Shown here: positions 9,630 through 18,891 of the stretch, piece by piece
How the letters are laid out: every line of letters starts with the position of its first letter
Position numbering within the stretch: position 1 is the stretch's first letter
DNA from: Eubacteriales bacterium
GTDB taxonomy: Bacteria > Bacillota > Clostridia > Oscillospirales > CAG-272
Direction: 5' to 3'
Length of the DNA stretch: 64,000 bases
Assembly (NCBI GenBank): GCA_045533775.1
Contig: JAZSIK010000024.1
Location: 5,510-69,509, forward strand
Notes under the pieces: model-generated
Seen by the model: only the letters and a program-made list of their open reading frames with translations
Told to the model about the DNA's origin: nothing
Database searches by the model: none
Made by a program: the position numbers and the translations under genes

Positions 9630-9778
9630 CATTACAAGAAAGTGCATTAGTTTGCTCTTTTGCCAAAAAGCGGTATAAAATCATTCGCCCTACGATTTAA
9701 TACGCTCGTTTGACAGATGGGCAGGCATGTGTTTTCCAAAAAGAAAATGATAATAAATTAATTAAAGGAGAAATTACT

Positions 9779-11293
9779 ATGAACAAGAACATTATTAAAT
9801 TCATTGCAATTTTAGTGATGTGCTTCATGATCTGTGGCGTTCTTGTTGCTTGTGCGGGCGAGACTGGCCCCAAGGGCGATAAGGGCGAGCAGGGCATCCA
9901 GGGCGTTCAGGGCGAGAAGGGTGAAACCGGCGCTCAGGGCGACAAGGGTGACAAGGGTGATAAGGGCGATAAGGGTGATACTGGTGCTGCTGGTGCTGAC
10001 GGCCTTGGTATCGCTACCGCTGTTATCAACGAGAACGGCGAGCTCGTTCTTACATACACCGATGGTACTGTTGTGGTTCTCGGCAGAGTTGAGGGCGTTG
10101 TTTGTGACAACCATGTTTGGAACACAATCAAGGTTGAAGATGTAGATACCAATGGTTGGTATACTCTCAAGGCTTGCACCAAGTGCGGTTGGGCAGAGAT
10201 TGCTTGCGCACACAGAGATTCCTACATCGTATCCACTCCCGCTAACTGCACCACTCCTGCACTTGACTTCACATACTGCAAGAGCTGCGACGAGCTTCTC
10301 GGCAATCCTGTAGAGACCGCTCCCGCTACTGGTCATGCATTCCCTGATTTTGATGCAACCAACGTTTCTGATAAGTGGACTCTTTCCATCAACGACTCCG
10401 ACCTTTGCGATTGCGAGTGGGAGCGTGAGTACACCGCTACTTGTGAGAACGGCTGTGGTGAGATTGACCACAAGGTAGGTCTTGCTACCGGTCACAGCTA
10501 CGAGCACGCTGATTCTGAGTACGGTTGGGAGGACACTATTCCTACTCCCGGTTACAATCCTTGTACTTGGATGCCTGTTCAGGTTCGTGAGTGCGAGTGG
10601 TGTAACCACGATCAGTGCTTCCAGTCTCGTGAGACCGGTGCTGCACTTGGTCACAATTGGGGTCTCTGGTCTGTTGTTACCGCTCCTACTGCTGAGGCAG
10701 AGGGTGAGCTCGTTCGCGTATGTAACAGATGCGGTCTTGAGCACGCTGAGGGTACTGAGTCCATTAAGATTCCTGCTCTTAACACTACTGATTATACTTA
10801 CATTGAGCTTATTGGTGCTACATGTACCACCGAGGGTAAGGCTATTTACACTCACAACGAGACCGGCGTTAAGACCGAGGTAGTTCTTCCCGCATTCGGT
10901 CACTCCGTTGACGATACTTGCGTATACTCCGTAACCAAGCTTCCTACCGCTGAGGCAGAGGGTGCTGTTACTGTTAAGTGCGCAGAGTGTGGCGTAACTC
11001 TTGAGATGGCTCTTCCCGCTCTTGATCCTATGTACATCGGCAAGGTTTACATCATCACCTACGGTAACTGTGTAGATCCTTACGATCACTATGTAATCAC
11101 TCTTACCGATAAGAACGAGCAGATCAACGGTGCAATCGTTGTTGAGTTTGACATCAACGGTGGTTACACTCACGATGAGAAGCCCGCTAAGGATGATTGC
11201 CATAAGGCAGAGGGTCTTGACAAGTACTACTACGTATACAAGTGCGAGAAGTGCGGTAACTGGATCGTTGCTTACTACGAGCCCAAAAACTAA
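9779..11293 (+). CDS. Collagen-like-repeat lipoprotein with repeated Cys-rich modules
   Basis: ORF track 9710..11293. ATG 9779 follows AAAGGAG. Signal peptide with lipobox LVAC (Cys25), then 16-17 uninterrupted G-X-Y triplets (GETGPKGDKGEQ...GDKGDKGDKGDKGDTGAAGADG, about nt 9857-10012). After that come CxxC pairs, several followed by (T/L/F)GH (PATGH, LATGH, AALGH, PAFGH). Confidence 0.8.
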   Translation: MNKNIIKFIAILVMCFMICGVLVACAGETGPKGDKGEQGIQGVQGEKGETGAQGDKGDKGDKGDKGDTGAAGADGLGIATAVINENGELVLTYTDGTVVVLGRVEGVVCDNHVWNTIKVEDVDTNGWYTLKACTKCGWAEIACAHRDSYIVSTPANCTTPALDFTYCKSCDELLGNPVETAPATGHAFPDFDATNVSDKWTLSINDSDLCDCEWEREYTATCENGCGEIDHKVGLATGHSYEHADSEYGWEDTIPTPGYNPCTWMPVQVRECEWCNHDQCFQSRETGAALGHNWGLWSVVTAPTAEAEGELVRVCNRCGLEHAEGTESIKIPALNTTDYTYIELIGATCTTEGKAIYTHNETGVKTEVVLPAFGHSVDDTCVYSVTKLPTAEAEGAVTVKCAECGVTLEMALPALDPMYIGKVYIITYGNCVDPYDHYVITLTDKNEQINGAIVVEFDINGGYTHDEKPAKDDCHKAEGLDKYYYVYKCEKCGNWIVAYYEPKN

Positions 11294-11435
11294 TTAAAAA
11301 AACAAAAACAAACAAGTAATCTTTCTCCATTGATTACTAAATAAAGGCTGGGCGGCTGCCTCGGCAGTCGCCCTTGCCAAAAAAATATGGAGAGCGTTTC
11401 AGGCCTTAGTAATAAGGTAAATTAGAAAGGGGATT

Positions 11436-12500
11436 ATGATGAGAACCGCTAAATATCACGATTATACAGTGTTGAGAATAGTTCTGTTTATCGTTCTGGT
11501 AATTCTCGGACTATTTATTTATCTTAATTTTATTAAGGCGCCTCTTGAACACACTGCGCCCGACAATGCTTGGGTGGTAATTACAGAGCCTACCTGCGAC
11601 AGCGATGGCTCAAAGTGCAGAGTATGTACAGAATGCGGCGAGAAGTTTGATTATAAGACTATACCCGCTACCGGACACACAGCTCTTGCACCCGAAAAGG
11701 AAAACGAAAAAGCTCACACAACTACCAAGGGCGGCTCTTATGAAAGTGTTACATACTGCAGAGACTGCGGTGTGGAGATGAACAGAGAGCAGGTATTCAT
11801 AAACGGTGAGCATACTGTAGAGACTTATACCTACAGAGACAAAGAACTTAAACCCGATTGCACAGAGCACGGTACATACGAGCTTGTTACCGTATGTCTT
11901 GGCTGTGATGAGGAGATCTCACGCGAGGTTAAGGTTATAGATCCCTATGGCCACAACTTTGTTTGGGAGCTTATGTATAATGAATCTGACGGTTCTTATA
12001 CGATGATCGGTGATTGTGATGTATGTGATAAAGACGGCAGTACCGTTACATATACCCAGGCAAACGGCCTTAAGGTAGTTCGTGATACTTCCGTTTCGTC
12101 CTGCTGTCTTATCAGATATACCTGCACAGCGTATGACGATAAGGGCAACCGCGTAAGCCCCAGCTTAAACTATGACTTTAAGGCTGATAAGAACCACACT
12201 ATTACTTATCATCCTGATATGGACTCTCATTTTCCCGATGATCCGATAGTAGCTCTTCTTCCCGATGCTCAGATTGACTGGAGAACCGGCAAGCCTTACT
12301 ATGATATAACTAAGGTTGAAGGCATTGAGGAGCTTACTGACAATGTATACGATGCATACGGCTTCGGCTACGGCGTAATCAAGTGTACAGCTTGTGAGAA
12401 CGCAGAGTGCAGCGAATGTATTGATCAGAATCATCGCTTTGTAGTTAACATCTACAACCCCGAATACAATACATATTTATACCCCGACGTACAGGACTGA
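11436..12500 (+). CDS. Membrane-anchored Cys-rich repeat protein (paralogous modules to the preceding gene)
   Basis: N-terminal TM anchor (VLRIVLFIVLVILGLFIYL), then modules such as EPTCDSDGSKCRVCTECGEKFDYKTIPATGH and KPDCTEHGTYELVTVCLGCDEE...DPYGH. Confidence 0.75.
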   Translation: MMRTAKYHDYTVLRIVLFIVLVILGLFIYLNFIKAPLEHTAPDNAWVVITEPTCDSDGSKCRVCTECGEKFDYKTIPATGHTALAPEKENEKAHTTTKGGSYESVTYCRDCGVEMNREQVFINGEHTVETYTYRDKELKPDCTEHGTYELVTVCLGCDEEISREVKVIDPYGHNFVWELMYNESDGSYTMIGDCDVCDKDGSTVTYTQANGLKVVRDTSVSSCCLIRYTCTAYDDKGNRVSPSLNYDFKADKNHTITYHPDMDSHFPDDPIVALLPDAQIDWRTGKPYYDITKVEGIEELTDNVYDAYGFGYGVIKCTACENAECSECIDQNHRFVVNIYNPEYNTYLYPDVQD

Positions 12501-12564
12501 TAATTCAGTTTCAAACGTCCAACAAATCGCGTTCGCTATGCGAACAAATTGAATTGTCAGCAGA

Positions 12565-12600
12565 AAAACCGCCTGTTAAATAACAGGCGGTTTTCTCTTT
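12565..12600 (+). terminator. Rho-independent terminator
   Basis: AAAACCGCCTGTTA / TAACAGGCGGTTTT perfect stem followed by a T-rich tail. Confidence 0.85.
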
Positions 12601-12661
12601 TAAAAAACTGTGTCTACCTTATATATTTGTAAAGAAAATCAGCGAAAATGCCTTAAATCAC

Positions 12662-12690
12662 TTGCATTTTTGAACAAATAATGCTATAAT
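12662..12690 (+). promoter_or_regulatory. Promoter of aspS
   Basis: TTGCAT (12662-12667), 17-nt spacer, extended -10 TGcTATAAT (12682-12690). Confidence 0.6.
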
Positions 12691-12738
12691 ACTATTGTGG
12701 AAAATTATAAAAATAAATATATATAAAGGAAAAGAAAA

Positions 12739-14031
12739 ATGGAAAGAACCTATATCAAAGACGTTGTTCCCGGCTATCATAGAGTCAGTGGCTTCGTTGA
12801 AAACTTCCGTAATAAAAGAACGATGGCCTTTATCGTTGTAAAGGACATCACCGGCAAGCTCCAGATCACTATTGAGAAGGAAAAGCACCCTGAATTCAGC
12901 GAGATGCTTGATCAGCTTACTATTCACTCGGTAGTAACCTTTGAGGGTGAGGTAGTTGCCAGCGAATACGTAAAGATGGGCGGCAAGGAGATGTATCCTA
13001 CCACTATGAAGATAGAGTCTGTTGCAGATGCTCTTCCTATTAAGGATGACTCTGACATAGATGTTCGTATGGATTACAGATGGATTGACCTCCGCCGTGA
13101 CAAAAATCATCTTATGTATGAGATGCAGACTACTCTTACCAATGCAATGCGCAAGTTCCTTGTTGAACGCAATTTTGTGGAGATTCATACTCCCAAGCTT
13201 ATTGCCGCAGCCAGCGAGTCGGGCTCTGATGTATTTGAGGTTAAGTATTTTGACGGCCTTGCATATCTTGCACAGTCCCCTCAGTTCTACAAGCAGATGG
13301 CTATGGCATCCGGTCTTGAGCGTATTTTTGAGACAGGCCCTGTTTTCAGAGCAGAGAAGTCATATACAAACAAGCACGCTACCGAGTTTACAGGCTTTGA
13401 CCTTGAGTTCTCCTATATTGACTCCTTTGAGGATGTTATGAAGATGGAGGAGGAGCTTCTTGCCTACGCTCTCGCAGAGGTAAAGGAGAAGCACGGCGAT
13501 AAGATCGTTGAGCTCTACGGCCCCGAGTACGAGGTTATTGTTCCCACTCTTCCTTTCTCCAGAATGAAGCTTGCTGATGTTTATGCCGAGCTTGAGAAGA
13601 GATATGGCTATACCGTTCCCGCTGAGCTTCACGGTGACCTTACCACCGAGGCAGAGCGTATGACAAAGCAGCTTTGCCGTGATATGTTCGGTCACGAGTT
13701 GGTCTTTATCTGGGAATATGATGCTAAGGAGAGAGCCTTCTATCATATGAGAGACGAGCAGGGCGTGCCCCAGGGCTATGACCTTATCTGGCGCGGTGTT
13801 GAGATCACCACCGGCGCACAGCGCGAGCATAGATACGATGTTCTTAAGGCGCAGGCGGAGGAGAAGGGACTTGCTGAGGATGTAAAGTTCTATCTTGAGT
13901 TCTTCAAGTACGGTTGTCCCCCCCATGGTGGCTTTGGTCTTGGTATTGACCGTCTGACCATGCTCTTCCTTGGCCTTTCAATTAAAGAGGCTGAGTTCCT
14001 GTTCCGCGGTCCCAACCGTCTTACTCCCTAA
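12739..14031 (+). CDS. aspS: Aspartate--tRNA ligase, archaeal/type-2 (possibly non-discriminating)
   Basis: 430 aa class IIb aaRS with an OB-fold N-terminus; FRAEKSYTNKHATEF (motif 2), FYLEFFKYGCPPHGGFGLGIDRL (motif 3). Confidence 0.88.
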   Translation: MERTYIKDVVPGYHRVSGFVENFRNKRTMAFIVVKDITGKLQITIEKEKHPEFSEMLDQLTIHSVVTFEGEVVASEYVKMGGKEMYPTTMKIESVADALPIKDDSDIDVRMDYRWIDLRRDKNHLMYEMQTTLTNAMRKFLVERNFVEIHTPKLIAAASESGSDVFEVKYFDGLAYLAQSPQFYKQMAMASGLERIFETGPVFRAEKSYTNKHATEFTGFDLEFSYIDSFEDVMKMEEELLAYALAEVKEKHGDKIVELYGPEYEVIVPTLPFSRMKLADVYAELEKRYGYTVPAELHGDLTTEAERMTKQLCRDMFGHELVFIWEYDAKERAFYHMRDEQGVPQGYDLIWRGVEITTGAQREHRYDVLKAQAEEKGLAEDVKFYLEFFKYGCPPHGGFGLGIDRLTMLFLGLSIKEAEFLFRGPNRLTP

Positions 14032-14131
14032 TTTTATGCGATTATTTGCTTTGAATAACCAAAGCTTTTAATAAAAAAGTGTATTGTCTGTCTGATGTAC
14101 AGACAAAAATACAAATAAAAAGGATAAAACT

Positions 14132-14773
14132 ATGAAAATAGCTCTTATAAATGAGAATAGCCAGGCGGCTAAAAACGCCTTGATTGAGAGTACTCTCCGC
14201 TCTGTTGTAGAGCCCCTCGGTCACGAGGTTTACAACTACGGTATGTATTCTGCCGAGGATAGCGAGCAGCTTACCTATGTTCAGATTGGTATTCTCTCGG
14301 CTGTGCTTCTTAACTCCGGTGCTTGCGATCTTGTTATCACGGGTTGTGGAACAGGTGAGGGCACTATGCTCGCCTGCAACTCCTTCCCGGGAGTTCTCTG
14401 TGGCCACGTTGTAGATCCCACAGACGCTTATCAGTTTACTCAGGTAAATAACGGCAATGCAATCTCTATGCCTTTTGCAAAGGGCTGGGGTTGGGGCTGC
14501 GAGCTTAATCTCCAGTATGTGTTTGAGAAGCTCTTTGTCTCCGAGTGGGGGCTTGGTTATCCCCGCGAGAGAGCAGTTCCCGAGCAGAGAAACAAACGCA
14601 TTCTTGATGAGGTAAAGAAGGTTACGCACACCGATATGATTTACATTCTTGAGAACCTTGACAGAGAACTTGTTTTAGGCGCTCTTGGAGGCAAAAGATT
14701 TAAGGAATACTTCTTTGCTAACTGCAAGAATGAAAGAATTGCCGAGTGTGTAACTAAGCTTCTTGCACTTTGA
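14132..14773 (+). CDS. RpiB/LacA/LacB family sugar-phosphate isomerase (long form)
   Basis: MKIALINENSQ..., LVITGCGTGEGTMLACN motif; 213 aa. Confidence 0.8.
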   Translation: MKIALINENSQAAKNALIESTLRSVVEPLGHEVYNYGMYSAEDSEQLTYVQIGILSAVLLNSGACDLVITGCGTGEGTMLACNSFPGVLCGHVVDPTDAYQFTQVNNGNAISMPFAKGWGWGCELNLQYVFEKLFVSEWGLGYPRERAVPEQRNKRILDEVKKVTHTDMIYILENLDRELVLGALGGKRFKEYFFANCKNERIAECVTKLLAL

Positions 14774-14813
14774 TTTATACTTTTCAGACGAATAAATTAA
14801 GACATTTTTACAC

Positions 14814-14864
14814 AAAATCGGCGCATCTCTTATGATTGTTATTTAGGAGAAATGCGCCGATTTT
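14814..14864 (+). terminator. Terminator hairpin
   Basis: 13-bp perfect arms AAAATCGGCGCAT / ATGCGCCGATTTT with a long loop; the T-tract is part of the 3-prime arm. Confidence 0.65.
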
Positions 14865-14915
14865 GACTAAATAAGTAAACCTCTATTGGCATTTTGTGTG
14901 TCAAAATATAGAAAA

Positions 14916-15719
14916 ATGACGAAAAAAGAGATAAAAGCAAAACTAAAAACAGAAAAGAAATTTGCAAGAGCAGAGTATAAGCATATGCTTGAGAGTGCAG
15001 AGGATAATTACAAGTCCCGTCTTGCCAAGGCCGAAAGAGAATATGAAGAGGCTCTTGCAGAGTTTTATAGTTTTATTGGCAAAAAGCAGCCGATAAATCC
15101 CCCAAAAAGATCTGTACTTGAGGAGATAGGCAATTCTATTACCCACGGTGTCGGAGCAATATTCGCTATTGTGGCATTCATCCTTATGCTCTCTGCGGCA
15201 GACAGGCCTGTGGAATATGTCTCGGCAACTATATACTTTGTCGGGATGTTTATTATGTTTCTGTCAAGCTGTCTATATCACGCCTTTGCTCACGGCAGCG
15301 CGGTGAAACGTTTATTCCACCGTTTTGATTATTCCTCTATTTACTTGCTTATTGGAGCGACCTTTGCCCCTGTTTTGCTTTGCTTCTTCGGCGACCTTTT
15401 CGGATTTATCTTTTTCTGCATTCAGTGGGCGGTAATTGCCGCAGGCATCAGCCTTGTAGGAGTTTTCGGTCCCTCAAAGCTCAGCTTCCTGCATATTCCG
15501 GTATATGTGCTTCTCGGATGGAGCGCCTTGATGCTTCTGCCTCAGATGTTCATGGCTAATTTCCCACTTGCTATGTGGATTCTGGCGGGCGGAATCGTAT
15601 ATACCCTTGGAATAATTCCGTTTCTGCTTCGTACTCGCGTCAGTCATTTTATCTGGCATTTCTTTGTTCTTGCCGGTGCAGTTGTTCACTGGATTGGCAT
15701 ATATCTCTATCTTTTCTAA
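14916..15719 (+). CDS. Hemolysin III / PAQR family channel protein with a charged N-terminal extension
   Basis: ORF track 14886..15719 (TTG start); ATG 14916 is an alternative and the true start is uncertain. 7 TM segments; motifs ITHGVGA, CLYHAFAH, HFIWHFFVLAG. Confidence 0.85.
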   Translation: MTKKEIKAKLKTEKKFARAEYKHMLESAEDNYKSRLAKAEREYEEALAEFYSFIGKKQPINPPKRSVLEEIGNSITHGVGAIFAIVAFILMLSAADRPVEYVSATIYFVGMFIMFLSSCLYHAFAHGSAVKRLFHRFDYSSIYLLIGATFAPVLLCFFGDLFGFIFFCIQWAVIAAGISLVGVFGPSKLSFLHIPVYVLLGWSALMLLPQMFMANFPLAMWILAGGIVYTLGIIPFLLRTRVSHFIWHFFVLAGAVVHWIGIYLYLF

Positions 15720-15743
15720 AAATAATACGGATTGGAGTAAATT

Positions 15744-16742
15744 ATGGAAAATCTTGCAAAAGCCTGTATGCCTTTTCTTTACTTTTTACAGAGCATAAGA
15801 AATCCCATTTTAGACGGTTTCTTTGCTCTTATCACCCATCTTGGGGAGGAGACCTTCTTCCTTGTTTTAGCGATTTTCTTCTTTTGGTGCGTGAACAAGA
15901 GGGAGGGCTACTACATACTTATTACCGGTCTTGTGGGTACTATTGTCAACCAGGTTGCAAAGCTCTTTTTCAGAGTACCTCGTCCTTGGGTTCTTGACCC
16001 CAATTTCAAGATAGTTGAATCAGCGAGAGAGGCTGCTACCGGATATTCATTCCCCTCGGGACATACTCAGAATATTGCGGGTACATACGGTGCGATCTGT
16101 GCATACAAGCCGAAAAAATGGAAGTCTGTGCTCTGCATATCCATTATTGTTCTCGTAGCGCTTTCCAGAATGTATCTTGGCGTTCATACACCCCTTGATG
16201 TAGTTGTTTCTCTGGCTGTTGGCGCAGGCCTTGTACTTTTGCTCCGTCCTGTTTTTGTCTCTGATGAGAGGATGAAAAGGTTTATGCCCTGGGTCATCGT
16301 CTGCTCGGTAGCTCTGTCTGTCGGCTTCCTCGTTTATGTTCTCTGTCTGTCGGGTGATACAACTCTTGATCCCCACAACTATGAAAGCGGAATGAAAAAC
16401 GCCTTCACTCTCCTTGGCTGCACCGCGGCTCTCATTCCGGTTTACATTCTTGACAGCAGGGTGATAAGGTTTGAGACCGAGGCTCGCTGGTATGCGCAGA
16501 TAATCAAGCTTGTGCTTGGACTTCTCGGAGTTCTGGCTATAAAGTCCGGTCTGAGCGCGCCTCTTACCGCCCTCTTTGGTAACGAGTTTATTGCTCGCGC
16601 CGTAAGATATTTCCTTATCGTTATGTTCGCGGGTACGGTATGGCCGCTGACATTCAAGTGGTTTGCCAAGCTGCGTATAGGATTTATGGAGAGATTTTCC
16701 GATTGGGCAGGGGGGAAGCTTGCTTCCTTGAAGAAAAAGTAA
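15744..16742 (+). CDS. PAP2 family phosphatase (membrane) with extra C-terminal TM region
   Basis: Acid-phosphatase signature KLFFRVPRP ... PSGHTQ ... SRMYLGVHTPLD. Confidence 0.85.
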   Translation: MENLAKACMPFLYFLQSIRNPILDGFFALITHLGEETFFLVLAIFFFWCVNKREGYYILITGLVGTIVNQVAKLFFRVPRPWVLDPNFKIVESAREAATGYSFPSGHTQNIAGTYGAICAYKPKKWKSVLCISIIVLVALSRMYLGVHTPLDVVVSLAVGAGLVLLLRPVFVSDERMKRFMPWVIVCSVALSVGFLVYVLCLSGDTTLDPHNYESGMKNAFTLLGCTAALIPVYILDSRVIRFETEARWYAQIIKLVLGLLGVLAIKSGLSAPLTALFGNEFIARAVRYFLIVMFAGTVWPLTFKWFAKLRIGFMERFSDWAGGKLASLKKK

Positions 16743-16750
16743 ATATTCCA

Positions 16751-16781
16751 AAAGGCTCGGTCTCTGGCTGAGCCTTTTTTT
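16751..16781 (+). terminator. Terminator
   Basis: AGGCTC ... GAGCCT hairpin followed by TTTTTTT. Confidence 0.6.
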
Positions 16782-16791
16782 ATTAAAATAC

Positions 16792-16820
16792 TTTACAATT
16801 ATAATTATTTATGTTATAAT
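16792..16820 (+). promoter_or_regulatory. Promoter of the nrdR operon
   Basis: TTTACA (16792-16797), 17-nt spacer, TGtTATAAT (16812-16820). Confidence 0.55.
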
Positions 16821-16861
16821 ATAATGATTAAATATGTTTTCAGCGAAGAAAGGCTTAAGAT

Positions 16862-17341
16862 ATGAGATGTCCATTGTGTAGCTTCCCCGATTCCAGAGTG
16901 CTTGACTCCCGTCCCATTGACGAGGGCTCCAGCATAAAGCGCAGACGAGAGTGCATATCCTGCGGCAAGAGATTTACCACCTATGAGGTAGTTGATACTG
17001 TGCCGATCGCAGTTATCAAGCGTGACGGTCACCGCGAGTTCTTTGATAAGCACAAGCTGGTGCGCGGTATCAGAATAGCCTGTCAGAAGCGCGCCGTTGA
17101 CGCCGAGGCGATCGCCCTGTCCATTGAGCAGGAGCTGATGAATGCTATCATCACCGAGATTTCCTCCAAGGATATCGGAGAGATGGTTCTGGCACGACTT
17201 AAGGAGCGGGACATCGTTGCTTATATTCGTTTTGCCTCAATATACAGAGACTTCCAGGATATAGACTCCTTTACCGAGGAGCTTAAGAGTCTGTCCAAAC
17301 GCCCGAGAAAAAAGCTGGCAGTTAAGGAGGATAAGCAATGA
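16862..17341 (+). CDS. nrdR: Transcriptional repressor NrdR
   Basis: MRCPLCSFPDSRVLDSRP...RRRECISCGKRFTTYE zinc ribbon plus ATP-cone. Confidence 0.95.
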   Translation: MRCPLCSFPDSRVLDSRPIDEGSSIKRRRECISCGKRFTTYEVVDTVPIAVIKRDGHREFFDKHKLVRGIRIACQKRAVDAEAIALSIEQELMNAIITEISSKDIGEMVLARLKERDIVAYIRFASIYRDFQDIDSFTEELKSLSKRPRKKLAVKEDKQ

Positions 17342-18225
17342 TCAAGAGTATGACCGCCTTCGGCAGAGCAAAGCTCCAGGGCGAGATTAAGGATATTACC
17401 ATTGAGATAAAGAGCGTCAACTCCCGTTTCTTTGACTGTACGGTAAAGCTGCCTCGCGCATACATCTTCCTTGAGGAGCGTATAAAGGACTATATCCGCA
17501 AGAATGCCGTGGCAAGAGCAAAGGTTGACGTGTTTATCAACATTGATAACCATACTAACACCATTGGCAATGTGGGTCTTGATACCGCCTACCTTACCAG
17601 CTATCTTTCGGCTCTGCGCCGCCTTGTAGACGAGTTTGGTCTTCAGGATGACATCAGTGCGATGACGGTTGCCCGCAACCAGGATATATTCACCTATGAT
17701 AAGCCCGAGGAGGACCTTGAGGCAGAGTGGGAGCTTTTCCGCGGTGTGCTTGACGAGGCGATCGCAGGCTATAGCGAGATGCGTCAGCGCGAGGGAGATA
17801 AGATAGAGAAGGATATCAAGGCAAAGGTTGAGCTCGTCCGTGAGTATACCGATCAGGTTGAGAACATCTCAACCAGCGATATCGTAGGCTACCGCGACAA
17901 GCTGGAGGCAAAGATCAGAAGCTTCCTTGAGGATGCGAAGATCACTCCTGATGAGAACCGCCTGCTTACCGAGTGCGCTATATGGGCAGACAAGATCGCA
18001 ATTGATGAGGAGCTTGTAAGGCTGCGCTCACATTTCAGCGCCTTCTACGATATTTGCTCGGCTCCCGATCCCTCGGGAAGAAAGCTTGATTTCCTTATGC
18101 AGGAGATGAACCGTGAGACTAACACCATCGGTTCAAAGGCAAATAATGCCAAGATCGCAAAAATCGTTGTTAATATGAAGGGCGAGCTGGAGAAGATCCG
18201 CGAGCAGATTCAGAATATTGAATAA
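17338..18225 (+). CDS. YicC/YloC family stress-induced protein
   Basis: MIKSMTAFGRA N-terminus and C-terminal DFLMQEMNRETNTIGSKA motif. Overlaps the nrdR stop. Confidence 0.9.
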   Translation: MIKSMTAFGRAKLQGEIKDITIEIKSVNSRFFDCTVKLPRAYIFLEERIKDYIRKNAVARAKVDVFINIDNHTNTIGNVGLDTAYLTSYLSALRRLVDEFGLQDDISAMTVARNQDIFTYDKPEEDLEAEWELFRGVLDEAIAGYSEMRQREGDKIEKDIKAKVELVREYTDQVENISTSDIVGYRDKLEAKIRSFLEDAKITPDENRLLTECAIWADKIAIDEELVRLRSHFSAFYDICSAPDPSGRKLDFLMQEMNRETNTIGSKANNAKIAKIVVNMKGELEKIREQIQNIE

Positions 18226-18237
18226 AAGAGGTTTGCT

Positions 18238-18504
18238 ATGAAGTTTATTAATATAGGCTTTGGCAATATGGTATCCGCTAGCCGTATTGTTGCCATAGCA
18301 TCTCCCGACTCCGAGCCTGTAAAGAGGCTTGTGCGCGATGCAAAGGAGGACGGCAAGGTTGTTGATGTTTCCTGCGGAAGAAAGACGAGATCTGTTATTA
18401 TTACAGATTCCGAGCACGTTATTTTGTCTGCATTACCTTGCGAGACCGTGACCAACCGTATCTCAGGCGAGACCGCCGAGGACGATGTTGAGTCCGAGGA
18501 ATAA
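18238..18504 (+). CDS. remA: RemA/YlzA (DUF370) family regulator
   Basis: 88 aa; [20 protein letters not shown]...[11 protein letters not shown] typical of DUF370. Confidence 0.88.
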   Translation: MKFINIGFGNMVSASRIVAIASPDSEPVKRLVRDAKEDGKVVDVSCGRKTRSVIITDSEHVILSALPCETVTNRISGETAEDDVESEE

Positions 18505-18547
18505 TTTAGTTAATTTTTGGTGCCAATAGGCAGAATGGAGAATAAAA

Positions 18548-18811
18548 ATGATTTACCCTACCGTAAAACAGCTTACAAATGATGAGTTTAACCGCTATGA
18601 GCTTGTTATCGGCGTTGCAAAGTGCGCTCGTATCGTTACCGACGAGTATATTGAGATGAGAGCAAAGGCTCAGAAGATGATTGACAATCACGAGACTGAG
18701 AAGCCCCTTGCAGCACTCATTGACCCCGAGTACAAGGATAAGAAGGCCGTTAAGATTGCTATTGCAAAGCTTGAGTCCGGTCGCTTCAAGATGAAGCACC
18801 CCGAGAATTAA
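18548..18811 (+). CDS. rpoZ: DNA-directed RNA polymerase subunit omega
   Basis: 87 aa; NRYELVIGVAKCARIV motif, in the conserved position after remA. Confidence 0.88.
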   Translation: MIYPTVKQLTNDEFNRYELVIGVAKCARIVTDEYIEMRAKAQKMIDNHETEKPLAALIDPEYKDKKAVKIAIAKLESGRFKMKHPEN

Positions 18812-18891
18812 TGAGAGTATATTTGGCTTTTTGCTAAGCAGAGGCTACAAGGCTTTCATTATCAATAAATCATAAGACTAAAGGAAAAGAG

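Noticed and set aside
9857-10012. Short tandem DNA repeats (GGTGACAAG/GGCGATAAG, repeated) that could be mistaken for a non-coding microsatellite.
   Set aside because: They are in frame within the lipoprotein ORF and encode GDK collagen-like triplets.
12501-12738. T-box or other leader upstream of aspS (and, similarly, upstream of argS at 45785-45808).
   Set aside because: The aspS upstream region contains only a terminator for the preceding gene and a promoter, with a UTR of about 45 nt and no specifier/T-box sequence. argS starts 24 nt after the preceding gene.
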